Shown here piece by piece: positions 51,401-64,000 of a stretch of 64,000 bases of DNA. Origin of the DNA: Haplodiscus bocki. Lineage: Eukaryota. The translations under genes and the position numbers were made by a program. The DNA lies in contig OZ296651.1 of the NCBI GenBank assembly GCA_965655095.1, positions 60,388,001 to 60,452,000 on the forward strand, read 5' to 3'. Below the pieces are notes generated by a model. It was not told the DNA's origin. It was given only the letters and a program-made list of their open reading frames with translations, and searched no databases. Numbering within the stretch: the first letter of the stretch is position 1; each line of letters opens with the position of its first letter.

Positions 51401-52405
51401 TAAAATATTCTCTCTTCCTGAAATATCACAGGGAACATCTTCTACTTTAAATTGTGTGTTTTTCATTATATCGCTTCGTTTATCAAGATAATAACTATAT
51501 ATCATTTTTTTTCAATTGCTTCTTTGTCATCAATTTTACCATCAATCATCGATTGTTTTGATGTCTTTTCATAAAGTAAACTAATTACATTTATCCAATC
51601 TCTCAACTTAGTGTATCGTGTTTTTAACTTTGAAATAAATTAATTTCTGGTTGAATTACCTATTGATGTTATCAGAACAAAACTATCTGGAATGGGCATA
51701 GCGATAGTTGTGTTTAAAAATATATTGTAGAAGATACTTTTGTTGAACTTGATTCTAGCAGTATTTCACAAACTATTAAAAAAATTTCAGTTCTTTTAGG
51801 CTTTTATATGTCTTTCTCTAGTATTTGTTACAAACTCCAATAGACTCTGGGAATTTTTATAATAACGTTTTTGGGTTTTACGTTTTAATTTTCTAATTTC
51901 GTCTTCTTTGTTGTTTACTTTTAATAGTTCTCGGTCTGCATTCAAATTTGAGTTTGACAGTGTTTAATCAGTGAAAAAGAGATACCTAATGGTTCTACAC
52001 TGAAATATTCCTTCAATGGTTTTTGTACATGAAGTTTTTCTTCAGCGAGTTTTTTTATATAAATTTTTCTTGATCCCTTAAACAGTCTTTTTTATTATAT
52101 CTGGATCTGTTATTCATAATAGCATTATTAACGAACGTTCGTCGCCAAAATCTTCGAAAAATTTGCAAGTTGGTTCTCAATCCAAATATACAGTATTTTT
52201 TCGATAATTGATACTTCCCCAATCTTTACAAATCACGCAAGTTTTCACTTTTTTCAGTTAATTTTTTCTAAACTCTTCAAAAAGACGTTTTTTATCAATT
52301 TTTTTAAAAACCACACTCAAGTAATATATCAACATCTTTTTTAATTAAAAGCAAAAATAACACAATTTCTTTCTAATCTGCGAGTGATTGAAATGAATCT
52401 TTGAA

Positions 52406-53407
52406 TTAAATTACATGATCCCTTTTATTAACAATTGAAAGAGGTACCATAAAATTATTGAAACGACTTTTACCTTGGGCAGTATATTTTTGATTATAAA
52501 TCAGTTTATAACCATAAATAGTTTCTGTAAAATCTAAATTTAATAAACTCTTCCGTTGATGTAGCGCTGTAGTTGGTATTCTTCTCGGTCGTATCATCTG
52601 TTCGCCAAGCGTCATTCAACAACGTTTGTGTCTTCCTATTGACTTGAAACTGTTATTATTTAAACTTGAGAATCTAAGATAAACAACATCATATTGCTAA
52701 TTTGAATGCTGTCTTTTCTTTCAAAACTAACAAAAACTACTGTATTACCGGAATTACCTCCGTTTGTTTCAACATACATAGAAAAATTACTGATAGGAGG
52801 TAGAACGGATGCTCCCAATCCACTAGTTGGTGAAATCATTTTCGTTGACTCTGAAATTTTTTGTTTTTGTTTTTGTCAATGCATTTAAAATTCGGATGTT
52901 GTAGTAAATATCCTCCACAACTTGGGTATTTAATTGCTGTTGTGTATACATTTTGTTCTCTATTAATTTTTCTAAGAAGATAATCGGTGTCACCGACACT
53001 AATTTCTAAATTTCTTTAACGTTAGTTAAATCTCAGAATGCTACCCCCTCCTAAGTTGTCAACAACAATTTTTTTGAGAGTTCATTATCTGTAGTTGGAT
53101 TTTTGTCATCGAAGTTAGCATGACCAGTGTTTTTCACTATACTTGCATTGTTATGTTTAATATCAACAAAAACCTTTGAAGCTGCTTCTCTATCGTCAAC
53201 AAGGATAGGTATTTTTATCATTGTGTATTGATTTCTCATATCAATGTCTTCTTCAATTTTACTTTCAAAATATTTAATTCGTGAAAATGGTTTTCGAACA
53301 AACAATGATGTATCAAGGCTATTGGAGGTACAGCTTGATGAACAACCAAATAATCTTATCTGCATTTCTTTCACGGTAAACGATTCTCCGTTGTATTATT
53401 CCATACC
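52406..53407 (-). pseudogene. Fibre/spike-like structural protein with a beta-rich C-terminal domain
   Basis: IDMRNQY...PILVDDREAASKVFVD (fibre-stalk-type motif), then SPTSGLGA...FSMYVETNGGNSG...FVSFER...LLNLDFTETIYGYKLIY. Confidence 0.5.
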
Positions 53408-53412
53408 TTCTC

Positions 53413-53740
53413 TTAGATAGAAAAAGTATAAGCAAGATGTTCCAAATATTCTACTATATACATCCTGAAATTTGAAATGATGAAACGTGATTGGTTTTGG
53501 TAATTTTGGAAGTGAACATTTATCAGGACTGCGACCAAAATACTCAAAGTTATATGATTTCTTTCATCTTTTACGTGAAAACAACCCCAATGTTTTCCTC
53601 CCATGTTCCCATTATCAATTTTTACAAACCCCCTGTTAGTAGTTAATTTAGAATCTCTAGGACTATACAGAATAGTTATGAAAATTTTCTGAATCGCGTT
53701 TTTCAACAGTTTCGTCTTTCAATCTGTAAATCCTCATGAG
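53413..53740 (-). pseudogene. Adenain-like protease of element 2
   Basis: GFVKIDNGNMGGKHWGCF...FQDVYSRIFGTSCLYFFY. Confidence 0.75.
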
Positions 53741-53789
53741 AGATTTTGAAAAACGTGTCTTTTTATATTACATAACTACAGTTTCAGTA

Positions 53790-55075
53790 TTTTTATTTCC
53801 ATCCGGACCCATTCTAATTTCTCTATGTTTGATTATTATGATAAAGAATTTATCCGTAGCCGAATCAGTTCTATATTCTTCAAAAATTTGGATTTTTTAA
53901 GGTTTAATGGTCAACTTGAATTCTTACACCAATGATATGAATTGGACAAAAAAGTTTCAATCAGGATAATGTATAAAAGGACCATGAAATTGTTCTCCAA
54001 CGTATCCTTTCAAAAATGATTTAAGATCTCTATTTCGATCGATAAAGTCATCTGCAGCATAGTTTTTATTAACAGCAACCTTTCAAAAACAAATTCTAGC
54101 GAGTTGACAAAAAATTTCTGAACATCTACGATATCAAAAATTGCAATATTGTTTCCTCTGTTCGGAACTCCCTTTGTAGCAGCTGATTGATCGGATGGTT
54201 TTGAATATTTTGGACTGTTGACTTTTTGGGCTGATTTATTATCGCTTTGATATTCCAATCCGGTCTTGGAAAGTTGTCTTTCAGTGAACCAAGAATCAAA
54301 TGATAAGGCAAAACTAACTTTTAGTGAATTGTTGAATTTTGTTTGTGTTTCAGCATCAAGAATGAATTTTGGAAGAAATAGATATAATTTCTTAATTGTA
54401 ACTGTAATTTCGTTCGCTGATTTGCGTAAATAATATCTGGAAAACCTGCATTTTTCAAAATTAAATGAAACCCTAGTTGTTTGGTAATTTTTTTGAAAAA
54501 ACTCTAGAAAATCGGAAAATGTTTTCCAATTGTAGTTGACCCTTCATTTTTGTTTTGTTTGCATCTATTGTATGGTTACCAATAAGTTTTTGTTTTAATG
54601 TTGTATTATTAAATTTATTTTCTTTTATTTAATCAAAGTAAAATGTTACGTCTCCATCCGCACTTGTTGAACATCTCGGAATTGTTGAACGAGGACTAGG
54701 AATTTATAATATTCTTTTTCTCCGCCTGCTGTGGTTGCAACGCGTGCCTCCTCAAAAGTATAAGCAAAACAAAGATTTACTAATATATTATCATCACCAA
54801 CGACAAAATCGGGATGGGGTGGACATGTTGGATCAGGAGGGGTGTGTGGCTAAACAACTTTTCCTATAGTTATATCATGTTGAAGAGAAGCATTACCTCT
54901 TCGATGATATTTATAATTCTCTCTGGAAACGAATTCTATATTACAATCGGAGTTGTTTATTTGGGCTCCTTGTTGATGATATATAATTTTATAAAGTCTC
55001 TTTTTAGAATTGAATTATCAAGTGTTTTGTAAAAACTTAACTGGAAATCATCAGCACTCAGTTTTATACTATAAA
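53790..55075 (-). pseudogene. Major capsid protein of element 2
   Basis: ILVNLCFAYTFEEARVATTAG, KGQLQLENIF, SAQKVNSPKY...NIAIFDIVDVQKFFV; collinear with the element-1 MCP. Confidence 0.75.
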
Positions 55076-55250
55076 AACGTTTCCTGCTAATCATTTCTCT
55101 CTAAATAATCGTAGATTTAGAGGCAATGAAATGGTAGTTTTTTCCAACTTTGGTTTTTGAGGTCTATTAAAACGCAATCGTGATTTCACTTGTAATTTGG
55201 CATTTATTTGGTATGAAAAACACCGACAGAGTGTGAATCACTCTCTTTTG

Positions 55251-56052
55251 TTAAAAAAAAGAGACTTCATTGATTGATAATCTGAACGTTTTTGGTTCAC
55301 CATTGCAAGATACCAGATTTGCCATTCCATTTCTCAAAATGAAAATATTATTTGAGATAAAGTCTTTCCTTTCCATCATATACCACTGAACTCCTCTTCT
55401 AAATTTCTCTACATACCTAAAACTTGAGGCTACATCCTTTAACAGTTTTGAAATCTTCTTGGTTGTCTGTTTTTTGAAAAGCTTTCCTTGAGCATTATCA
55501 GTTCCGAGGAAAACATTATCAAAAAATGAGATATCAATTGGATTATATGATGAATCATATTCTTCATGTAATACAACTGGTTTAAACCCAAATAGATCTC
55601 CCAATCTCCCAAAGTATTGTCCTGAACAAAGTTGATTTGCAATCCTCTATCTGGTTAACTTTCTTCGATGCTACCCAATGTTGAGAACTTTTGTTTGATT
55701 GAAAACGGACAATCTTCTTCCGCAAAATACCCTTAATCAAGAAGAATTTATTTAATTTCTTTATTTAAACTTTTGTTTTAAAAGCTTTTGGGTGTGTTCT
55801 TTTTACATTGTATTCAGCACCTTCAAACACTTCTATAAAAAAAACTTTGTTGTTTCCTTTAACGTTAAAGATTCCGTGATAACCATTTGGGAAATTGACT
55901 GCAATTTTATATTGTTTATTATTAGTTTTGAGCGGTTGAGCTAATTTTTCTTCATGTCTACGTTTATATATAACAATCAACATTTGTTCTTCAATTTTAG
56001 GTCTTGTAATTGAAAATAATTGTTCTAAAAAGGTACTTGTAAGTACCATTCA
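55251..56052 (-). pseudogene. Minor capsid protein of element 2 (single copy)
   Basis: RPKIEEQML...YKIAVNFPNGYHGIFNV; LFGF...PIDISFFDNVFLGTDNAQG...LVSCNGEPKTFRLSINEV. Confidence 0.7.
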
Positions 56053-56054
56053 TT

Positions 56055-56934
56055 TACTATGAAAATTATCAGGAACATTTTGGTTTTGTTTTCCGGTTTG
56101 TAATTCATTTTTTTTCATATTTCATCCATTATATTACTGGCTTCTGTTAAGGTATCACTATGACCACTCAGTTTTTTTCCCATTAGAACTTCTAATCCAG
56201 GCCAGATAACAATAAGTTGGATGGGATAAAAATCTTCATTCCATCGCATTCATTTCAATTAGTTGCGTTTACAAGCTGAGCAGTTTCTTGGGTAGTATTT
56301 CCGTAATAAATTTTTTGCGTGCGCCCTCTCTATCTCCAATACCTGTTTATCCTATGTTTCTAAAATTTTTGTGAAACTTTGGAATATCAGTATCAGTCTC
56401 CATACTTTCACCAGTAAATCCTGTTGATGATATGATTGAGCTTTATTTTTTTCTTCAATTCATTTACAAACATTGTCTTTAATTTTCACCATGTCACTAA
56501 ACAGCTATCGAAGAGGAACTCCACGAACACTCGCTCGGCTTGAGTCATCCTAAGTTATTCCTAAAGAATTGCGACTTTTCAACAATGAACCTAGAGTCTC
56601 TCTCACTGGACTACTGTAGTTAAATCTGTTCGAGAAAGCTCTTTATTAGCTTTAAAATATTCTTTCTCATCCTGTGAGTCAATTTCAACAGGAACTATTT
56701 CCTGTTGATTTTCATTTTCGGACATTGTTTTTGGAATACTTCTTCCAATGTCTTGGTAGAATTGTGCATCTCTTCCAAGTTTTTTATATGGGCTCACGAG
56801 TTTCAGCTAGTTCTTCATATTTTTTTGAAAATTCTTTTTTTTTAAAATTTTGATTGCCCTTTGAGTTTTTGTTTTTCTGATAATCTAGCTAATACAATCA
56901 GATCTTCTTTAGTCACTTTGCGGTATGTACTCAT
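56055..56934 (-). pseudogene. Conserved Polinton protein, counterpart of 21079-21927
   Basis: YRKVTKEDLIVLARL at the N-terminus; C-terminal LEVLMGKKLSGHSDTLTEASNIMDE. Confidence 0.55.
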
Positions 56935-56959
56935 TTAAAGGTGTTCAAAAAAGAGAGCT

Positions 56960-57677
56960 ATCAGGAACGATTCTAGAATTCAAACCTAAATGATAACGAA
57001 CAATATATTTATCTCTTGTTATGCCAATAGTGTTAAGTTGTTATTTTTCATTCCACCAAGTGGAAGATAAAACTCTAAATTTATTGAGTGTCATTCGGCC
57101 AGATGCTGTAACTTGATATAGATTTTGAAAACATCTGAAAATGTTTGGTTTGAAGATATGATTGATGTTCCCATTGGCTTTGATAATTCCTTTTTGAAAT
57201 TTGGAACAGTGCTGATTGATCGAAAATAGATCTGTTACTGTGTAGGTTGCGTACATATTGCTCGAACTCGAGAATCATTCATGTTTTTTTTCGTTTAAAT
57301 CATCTAGAGTTTCCATTAATGGTAAATCTGAATCATATCCTTGAGGATACTTTAATTCTTTTATTAAATCATGTGTCTCTAGTTCTGTTTCTGATGCCGT
57401 AAAGTTTTCATCTGCATTTATTTCCACAAATAACCGATGTAAAACTTCTTCATTCCAGATGTTTTGAATTAAGTTCATTGGTATGAAGTTACTAAAACAT
57501 TTAGCTCTTTTTGATGTAAATCTTGATGAAGAGATGGGGAATAGATATGTAATTTTCCGAATTCGTTTGTAATTATCAAAAATAACTTTGTAAAAAGAGA
57601 CACGATTAATCAGATTCGTGTGGCCCTGAACTGACACATCTAACAAAATGGGTTAGGTATAAAAACTTGTCCGTCAT
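56960..57677 (-). pseudogene. Packaging ATPase of element 2 (duplicate at ~60530-61241)
   Basis: Degenerate Walker A RCVNSGPRESDKS, Walker B TLDDLNEK, SIFIINQDYNELPRRTIRANGNINHIFKPN. Confidence 0.8.
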
Positions 57678-57899
57678 TTATTGGTAAATAAAGGTTTCAT
57701 CAATGTCCGTATTATGAAATCTAGAAGAGATATTAAAAGAACACTTCCGGGATTGACAAAAGCAAATGTTTGAGAGCGATATTATTATTACCGTTTTCGC
57801 TATCTATATTGTGTCTGGTGCTTTTTTCATTGATGTAATCATTAGTTAAAATCAAAACATCCATTTACTTTAATTGCAAATTAAAATGTTTTTTGTTTA

Positions 57900-58285
57900 T
57901 ATGAATGAAGGCTTTTAAAGATGTTTTCAAATTCCGTAATGAGTTTACATTCTTTGATCACTAAAATAGTGAAAGAGTAATAAAAGTAAACCATGTGCTA
58001 GACTATATAACTAATGTTTCATCTGAAAGTGATTTTATTTATGAAGATAATCGTATTCGTGTGTTAGGTGTTATAGATGATATATCGCTGATGGTCAAAA
58101 ACAACGATGTTGAAATTAAAGGTCAAGAAACAAATAATCCTAGAGTTGGTATTTTATTCTTGTTAAGTCTGGAGAAATTTTTTAAAGGAGAAGCAGACAA
58201 AGAGGACAGAGTTATTACTACAATTAATGGTAAAGAAATTTTCAGCCACAAAAAAATTGAATCTTTGCAAAAAGAAATGTTCTGA
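57900..58285 (+). pseudogene. Hypothetical protein (duplicate ~61470-61850)
   Basis: ORF 57995-58285 and its paralogue 61560-61748 conserve the same frame. Confidence 0.45.
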
Positions 58286-58296
58286 ATCTGTTCTAG

Positions 58297-58820
58297 TTAA
58301 TTTGTATAGTAAAAATTTCTAATTGAAGGATGAATAACACCTCTATCTAAGCCATTTTTTGTATGTGAATTTGCATCAAATATCATTTTCAACTTCAAAT
58401 AAACCAATTGCAGTGGTTGTTTAATATCAAATTCAGAAGTGAAGCATCTATTGGAACTAGCTGTTGTGATACACATTTCAAAAATATGAGAAAATTTGTA
58501 TCCTCTTCCACTAAAAAAACCATCCAAAGTAAAAAACACCTTTTTCAATGAAATTTGTTCTTTTATTTTGTAAATCAGATTGAATATGAGGAGTACTTTT
58601 TTCTCCTAAAGACCAAATTAATATCATATTTAACAAGATAAAATTCGAATTTTTTATTGTAACAGTAATGGTTTTCGTGAAATAATGAACGTATGTCAAA
58701 GGAATCAGGAGTTCGGATAGTGTGTTTTAATCTTAAACCTTTTTCAAATTCGTCGTGTGTGAGTGAGACTTTGAAGATGTTTTCTTTTATATTTGTTAGA
58801 TTGTTTTAGATTCAATTACA
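58297..58820 (-). pseudogene. Hypothetical Polinton protein related to 28213-28706 (duplicate ~61862-62387)
   Basis: KHLQSLTH...RGYKFSHIFEMCITT...KQPLQLVYLKL...LDRGVIHPSIR. Confidence 0.55.
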
Positions 58821-61237
58821 TTGAATAACTGTTACCTACACAGGAGAAAAGACAAGGAAAGGAAGGGAGAAGATGTTTCCTGTGTAGTTACACAGGATTG
58901 ATTAAAAATTTTCTGTTTTTTTTTACTCTAGTTTACTATACTTTCACATTAAACTACTGTCATCCATGCATACGGTGTACTTTATCTGCAGTTTTTTTCG
59001 AATTAAACAGGACTAAGACCAGTTTTGGACTTCTAAGAAAACAACATGAGTTTTTTTGCTACTAATCTGCTCCATTATGCATTGGACCAGTTAGTCAAAT
59101 CATTAGAGAGCCTGTCGATCATTTCATCGTGAGTATTGAAACCATCCCATCACATAAGTTTATCAAACTTGGGAACCTTTCAACACCGGAAATCATTTAT
59201 AAATACTTCATTTTGGACTTGCATGATTTGCTTTTGTACTTTACTACACTGAAATAGAAACTCTCAGAAATTTCGCCCGTGAGAAGAACATTGCTGCGAG
59301 AACTGATACCCAGGAGCACATAAAAGAAATGAAATTTCGACTGGCCAGACTCGTGTTGAGAAATCAAGGATCAACGTCAAAGCAAGAACCGACTTTTTTA
59401 ACGTCCTTAGACTTAACTACGTTCTGAGGGATGAATATGACTCATTTTTTTTCAAGGACAAGAGCAACCCAAAAAATCAAACTCTGAGAATAGAGCCGAA
59501 ACCTGAAAATAAAATTTAATTTCAGCGCCTTCAAAGTTCAAGAGAAGGAGTCCACGACTCGAATCCCATATGTCTGGAGGACCCACTCGGCCAACAAGCG
59601 CAACCGGACAGCTAGTATGCAAAAGGCTATGACCAACAGAATTCTCAAAGGAGCTCCAGAAGCCGCCAGTCTATCTCCAACAATTGGAATATTTAGTTGA
59701 AGCACCTCCGAAAAATCAGCGGAATCCTAAGTCCAAGGAACCCAATGATAACACTTTTTTAGATACATTCAAACAATTCTATATTAAGAGTTCATAAATT
59801 TTCATTCCATCGCTTTCAATTGGATTAGATCCGTTTACAAATTCAGCAGTTTTTTGGGTAGTGTTTCTGCAATAAGTTTCTTGCGTGCGCTCTCTCTATC
59901 TCCAATACCTGTTTATCCCATACCTTTATTAATATTGTTAAACTCTAGAAAAACAGTATCATTCTCCATACTTTCACAAGTAAATCCTGTTGATGATGGA
60001 GGTTTATATTTTTCTTCACTTTATATATAAACATTGTCTTTTATTTTCATCTTATCCTTAACCAATTGTCGAAGATGAACTCCACGAAAAATCGCTCGAC
60101 CTGAGTCATCGTAATTTCTTCCTAAAGGATTGCGACTTTTCAACAATTAACCTAGTCTCTCTCTCACTGGAGTACTGTAGTTAAAACTGTTCGGAAAAGC
60201 TCTTTTATTAGCTTTAAAAAATTCTTTCCTATGCTCTGAGTTAATTTCAACAGGAACTATCTCTTGTTGATTTTCATTTTCGGACATTGTTTTTGGAATA
60301 CCTCTTCCAATGTTTTAGTAGAATTGTGCATCTCTTCCAAATTTTTTTAAATGGGTTTAAAAGTTTCAGCTAATTCTTATTTTTGTTTGAAATTTCTCTT
60401 TTTTTAATTTTGATTGCTCTGTGAGTTTTTTGTTGTTCTGATAATCTAGCTAATTCAATCATATCTTCTTTAGTCACTTTGCGGTAAATATTTCTTCATA
60501 GGATTTTAAAAAAGAAGGCTATCACGAACAAATATAGAATTCAAGCATAAGTGATAACGACCAGTGTTTTTATCTCTTGTTATACCAATAGTGTTAAGTT
60601 GTCATTTTTTATTCCATCAAGTGGAAGATGATACTTAAAATTTATTGAGTGTCATATCGCCAGACACTGTAACTGGATATAGATTTTGAAACTTTCTGAA
60701 ATGTTTGGTTTGAAGATATGATTGATGTTTCCATTGGCTCTGATAGTCCTTCTTGGAAGTTCGTTATAGTCCTGATTGATAATAAAAATAGATATGTTAC
60801 TGTGTGTAGGTCGCATACACATTGCTTGAACTCGAGGATCATTCATGTTTTTTTTTCATTTAAATCATCAAGAATATTCAATATTGGTAAATCTGAATCA
60901 TATCCTTGAGGATACTTTAGTTTTTCTATTGTCTCATATGTTTCTATTTCTGTTTCTGATGCCGTAAAGTTTTCATCTGCAATTATTTCCACAAATAACA
61001 GATGTATAACTTCTTCATTTTAGATGTTTTGGATTAAGTTCATTGGTATGAAGTTACTAAAACATTTAGCTTTTTCTGAGGTAAATCTTGATGAAGAGAT
61101 GGTGAATAGAAATGTAACTTTTCGAATTCGTTTATAACTATCAAAAACAATTTTGGGAAAGAAACACGATTTGTCAGATTCGCGTGGCCCTGAATTGACA
61201 CATCTAACAAGATGGGTTGGGTATAAAAACTTATCCG

Positions 61238-61432
61238 TCATTTATTGGTAGTTAGAGGTTTAATCCTTGTCCATAATATAAAACCTAGAAGAGATATTAA
61301 AAGAAAACTTCCCGGTATTGATAAAAGTAAAAATTTGAGAGTGATTTTATTAATACTATCGTTTTCGCTATCTGTATTGTGTTTGGTGCTGTTTTCCCTA
61401 GTGTAATCAATAGTTACAATCGACACATCCAT
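61238..61432 (-). CDS. Small single-TM protein (disrupted copy ~57675-57863)
   Basis: Hydrophobic FLLLSIPGSFLLISLLGFILW, N-terminal NST/NDS sequons, stop abutting the ATPase start. Confidence 0.5.
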   Translation of the reverse strand: MDVSIVTIDYTRENSTKHNTDSENDSINKITLKFLLLSIPGSFLLISLLGFILWTRIKPLTTNK

Positions 61433-64000
61433 TCACTTTAATTGAAAATTAAAAACGTTTTTTCAAATGAGTGAAGGCTATTGAAGAAGTTTTAAAGTTC
61501 CGTAATGAGTTTACATTTTATGATCACTATAATATTGAAAGAGTAATAGAAGTAAACTTGTGCGTGATTCTATAACTAATGTTCTATCTGAAAGTGATTT
61601 TATATATGAAGGTAACCGTGTTCGTGTGTTAGGTGTTACATATGATATATTGCTGATGGTCAAAAACAGAGATGTTGAATTTATAGGTCAAGAAATGGAA
61701 AATCTTAGAGTTGGTATTTTACAATCGTTATGTCTGGAAAAACTATAAAAAGAAGCAGCAGATAAAGAGGATAGATGTATTATTACAATATATGGTAAAA
61801 AAAATTGGCCACGGTAAAATTGAATTTCTTCAGAAGAAAAACGGTTTTGAATCTGTTCTAGTTAAATCGTATCGGAATTTTTTCTAATTGAAGGATGAAG
61901 AACACCTTTATCTAGGGCATTTATTATATGCCGACTTGCATCAAACATCATATTCAACTTCAAATAAACCATTTGCAATGGTTGTTTATTATAAAATTCA
62001 GAAGTGAAGCATCTATTGGACATTGCAGTTGTGATACACATTTCAAATATATGAGCAAACTTATATGTTCTTTCACCAAAAAAACCTTCCAAAGTAAAAA
62101 AAACCTTTTTCAATGAAAAACTGTTATTTTATTTTGTATTCAGGTTGAATATGAGGAGTAACTTTTCTGTTACAAACTAAATTTTTATCAGATTTGACAA
62201 GAAACAATTCGATTTTTTTGTTGTAACAGTAAGGGTATTCGTGAAATTTTGAACGTATGTCAAAGAAATCAGGAGTTCGGATAGTGTGTTTTATTCTTAT
62301 ACATTTTTCAAACTCGTTGTGTGTGAGTGAGACTTTGAAGATGTTTTCTTTTATATATGTTAGATTGTTTTAGATTCAACTACATTGAATAACTGTTACC
62401 TACACAGGAGAAAAGACAAGGAATGGAATGGAGAAGATGTTTCCTGTGTAGTTACACAGGATTGATTAAATATTTTTTGTTTTTTTTTACTCTAGTTTAC
62501 TATACCTTGACATTAAACTACTGTCATCCATGCATGCGGTGTATTTTATCTGCAATTTTTTTCGAATTATACTGGAATCAGACCCGTTTTGGACTTCGAA
62601 GAAAACAACATGAGTTTTATTGGTACTAATCTGCTCCAATATGCATTGGACCGTTTAGTCAAATCACTAGAGAGCCTGCTGATTAATTCATCGGGAGTAT
62701 TGAAACCAGCCCATCACAAAAATCTATCAAAATTGGGAACCTTTCAACCCCGGAAATTATCAATAATTACTTCAGTTTGGACATGCATGATTTGATTTTT
62801 TACTGTACTACACTGAAATGAAAACTCCCAGAAATTTCGACCCGTGAGGAAAACATTGCTGCGAGAACTGATACCCAGGAGCATATAAAAGAAATGAGAT
62901 TTCGTCTGGCCAGACTCGTGTTGAGAAATCAAGGATCAATGTCAAAGCAGGAACCGATTTTCTTGAACGTCCTTAGAACTAACCACGTTCTGAAGGATGA
63001 AAATGACTCATTCTTCTTCAAGAACAAAAGCAACCCAAAAAATCAAACTTTGAGAATACAGCCGAAACAAAAAAAAATAATTTCGGTGCCTTACTAGTTC
63101 AAGAAAAGAAGTCAACGACTCCGATCACATATGTCTGGAGGACCCACTCGGCCGACAAGCGCAACCGGACAGGTTTTTCTGCAAACGGGTATGATCAACA
63201 GAATTCTCAAAGGAGCTCCAGCAGCCGCCAGTCCATTTCCAACAATTGGAATATTTAGTTCAAGCAGCTCCAAAAAATCAAGGGAATCCTGAGTCAAAGT
63301 AACCCAATGATTACAGTTTTTTTAGCTACATTCAAAAATTTCCATCCTAAGAGTTTATTGGGTTGTAAAGTCCAACCGCGGGGAGCCTAATTGGTAAAAT
63401 TGAGGTTTTGGAAGTAACAACCTCATGAGGTAAAAGGCACAATCAATTATCCGTTGCTTTAGCTGACTTTCTGAGCGTCATTCAACAGGACTGCTCATTC
63501 TGCTGTATGAAGAATGATACTGCTGCAATGATAGAGACTCTGCACTCTGGTGTCCTCCTTGCAGAGGCTGAACCCACGCACCGCCACAAAGGGAATTAAA
63601 AAAAAACATGTTTAATATTAATGTGAAGTTCGTCAATATTGTTGGTTGTTGATCAATTTCTCAATAAATCGTCACCTGAAGCTGAGGTTGTGACTGGTTC
63701 AGGACTCCTCTTGGAAGATTTCTCTGAGTTTGAGAAAAAAATACTGAGATATGTTCTGCCGAAAATTAGCCAATGACCGGACCTAGCGCCCTTAGCGAAA
63801 GCATGGAAAGATTCGGGATAAGTTGGACATCTCGTTCCGGGAGTTTTCAATTTTTTCATGACACACAATGCTGAATAAGGTAGATGCGCTCAAGCATGGG
63901 ATTGAGTGAGTTACAATTGTCAAAGAACTCGACTAATTAACAGAGATATTGATGAAAACAGCCAACGCGGAAGTGAGACACTCCATCCTACTCAACCGGG

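Larger units (their letters stand above)
42657..58958 (-). mobile_element. Second Polinton/Maverick (element 2), heavily decayed and rearranged, 16.3 kb
   Basis: GTCATC|AGTAGT at 42651-42662 and ACTACT|GTCATC at 58953-58964 (perfect 6-bp TSD). Minus-strand ATPase, mCP, MCP, protease, integrase and pPolB remnants. Confidence 0.9.
56230..63355. repeat. Old tandem duplication (~3.57-kb unit) spanning the right end of element 2 and its flank
   Basis: 56230-59794 aligns with 59795-63355; a second ACTACT|GTCATC junction lies at 62517-62528. Copies are visibly diverged. Confidence 0.92.

Overview
AT-rich eukaryotic (animal/invertebrate-like) DNA made almost entirely of decayed mobile elements; I can support no intact host gene. 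(1) 1-~10.7 kb: 3' part of a degenerate Ty3/Gypsy retrotransposon (RT-RNaseH-integrase, ending 3467). It is followed by an unusual accessory block: an antisense, intron-containing gene for a hAT-transposase derivative whose DDE residues appear replaced, a second antisense ORF, a divergent Ser/Pro-rich ORF with SIM-like and NLS-like motifs, and a recurrent CGGAAC motif. (2) 12345-29939: a complete 17.6-kb Polinton/Maverick (adintovirus-like) with AGTAGT termini, ~1.46-kb TIRs and a 6-bp TSD (GTCCTC/GTCCTT). It encodes pPolB, integrase, ATPase, protease, major capsid, two tandem minor capsids, cupiennin-like and 2TM proteins, an NCLDV-like domain fused to a RING finger, and a cryptic gene inside the TIR; most genes are disrupted. 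(3) 29.9-42.6 kb: a degenerate ~176-bp satellite, an internally deleted LTR element carrying a near-perfect 2061-bp tandem duplication, and other LTR remnants. (4) 42657-58958: a second, more decayed Polinton of a different pPolB type. It is bounded by the split halves of a ~200-bp AGTAGT mini-element and a perfect GTCATC TSD, and contains an inverted copy of its own right flank plus a solo LTR inside pPolB. Its right ~3.57 kb (with flank) is tandemly duplicated to ~63355. Family assignments come from motif recognition by eye, not from database searches.
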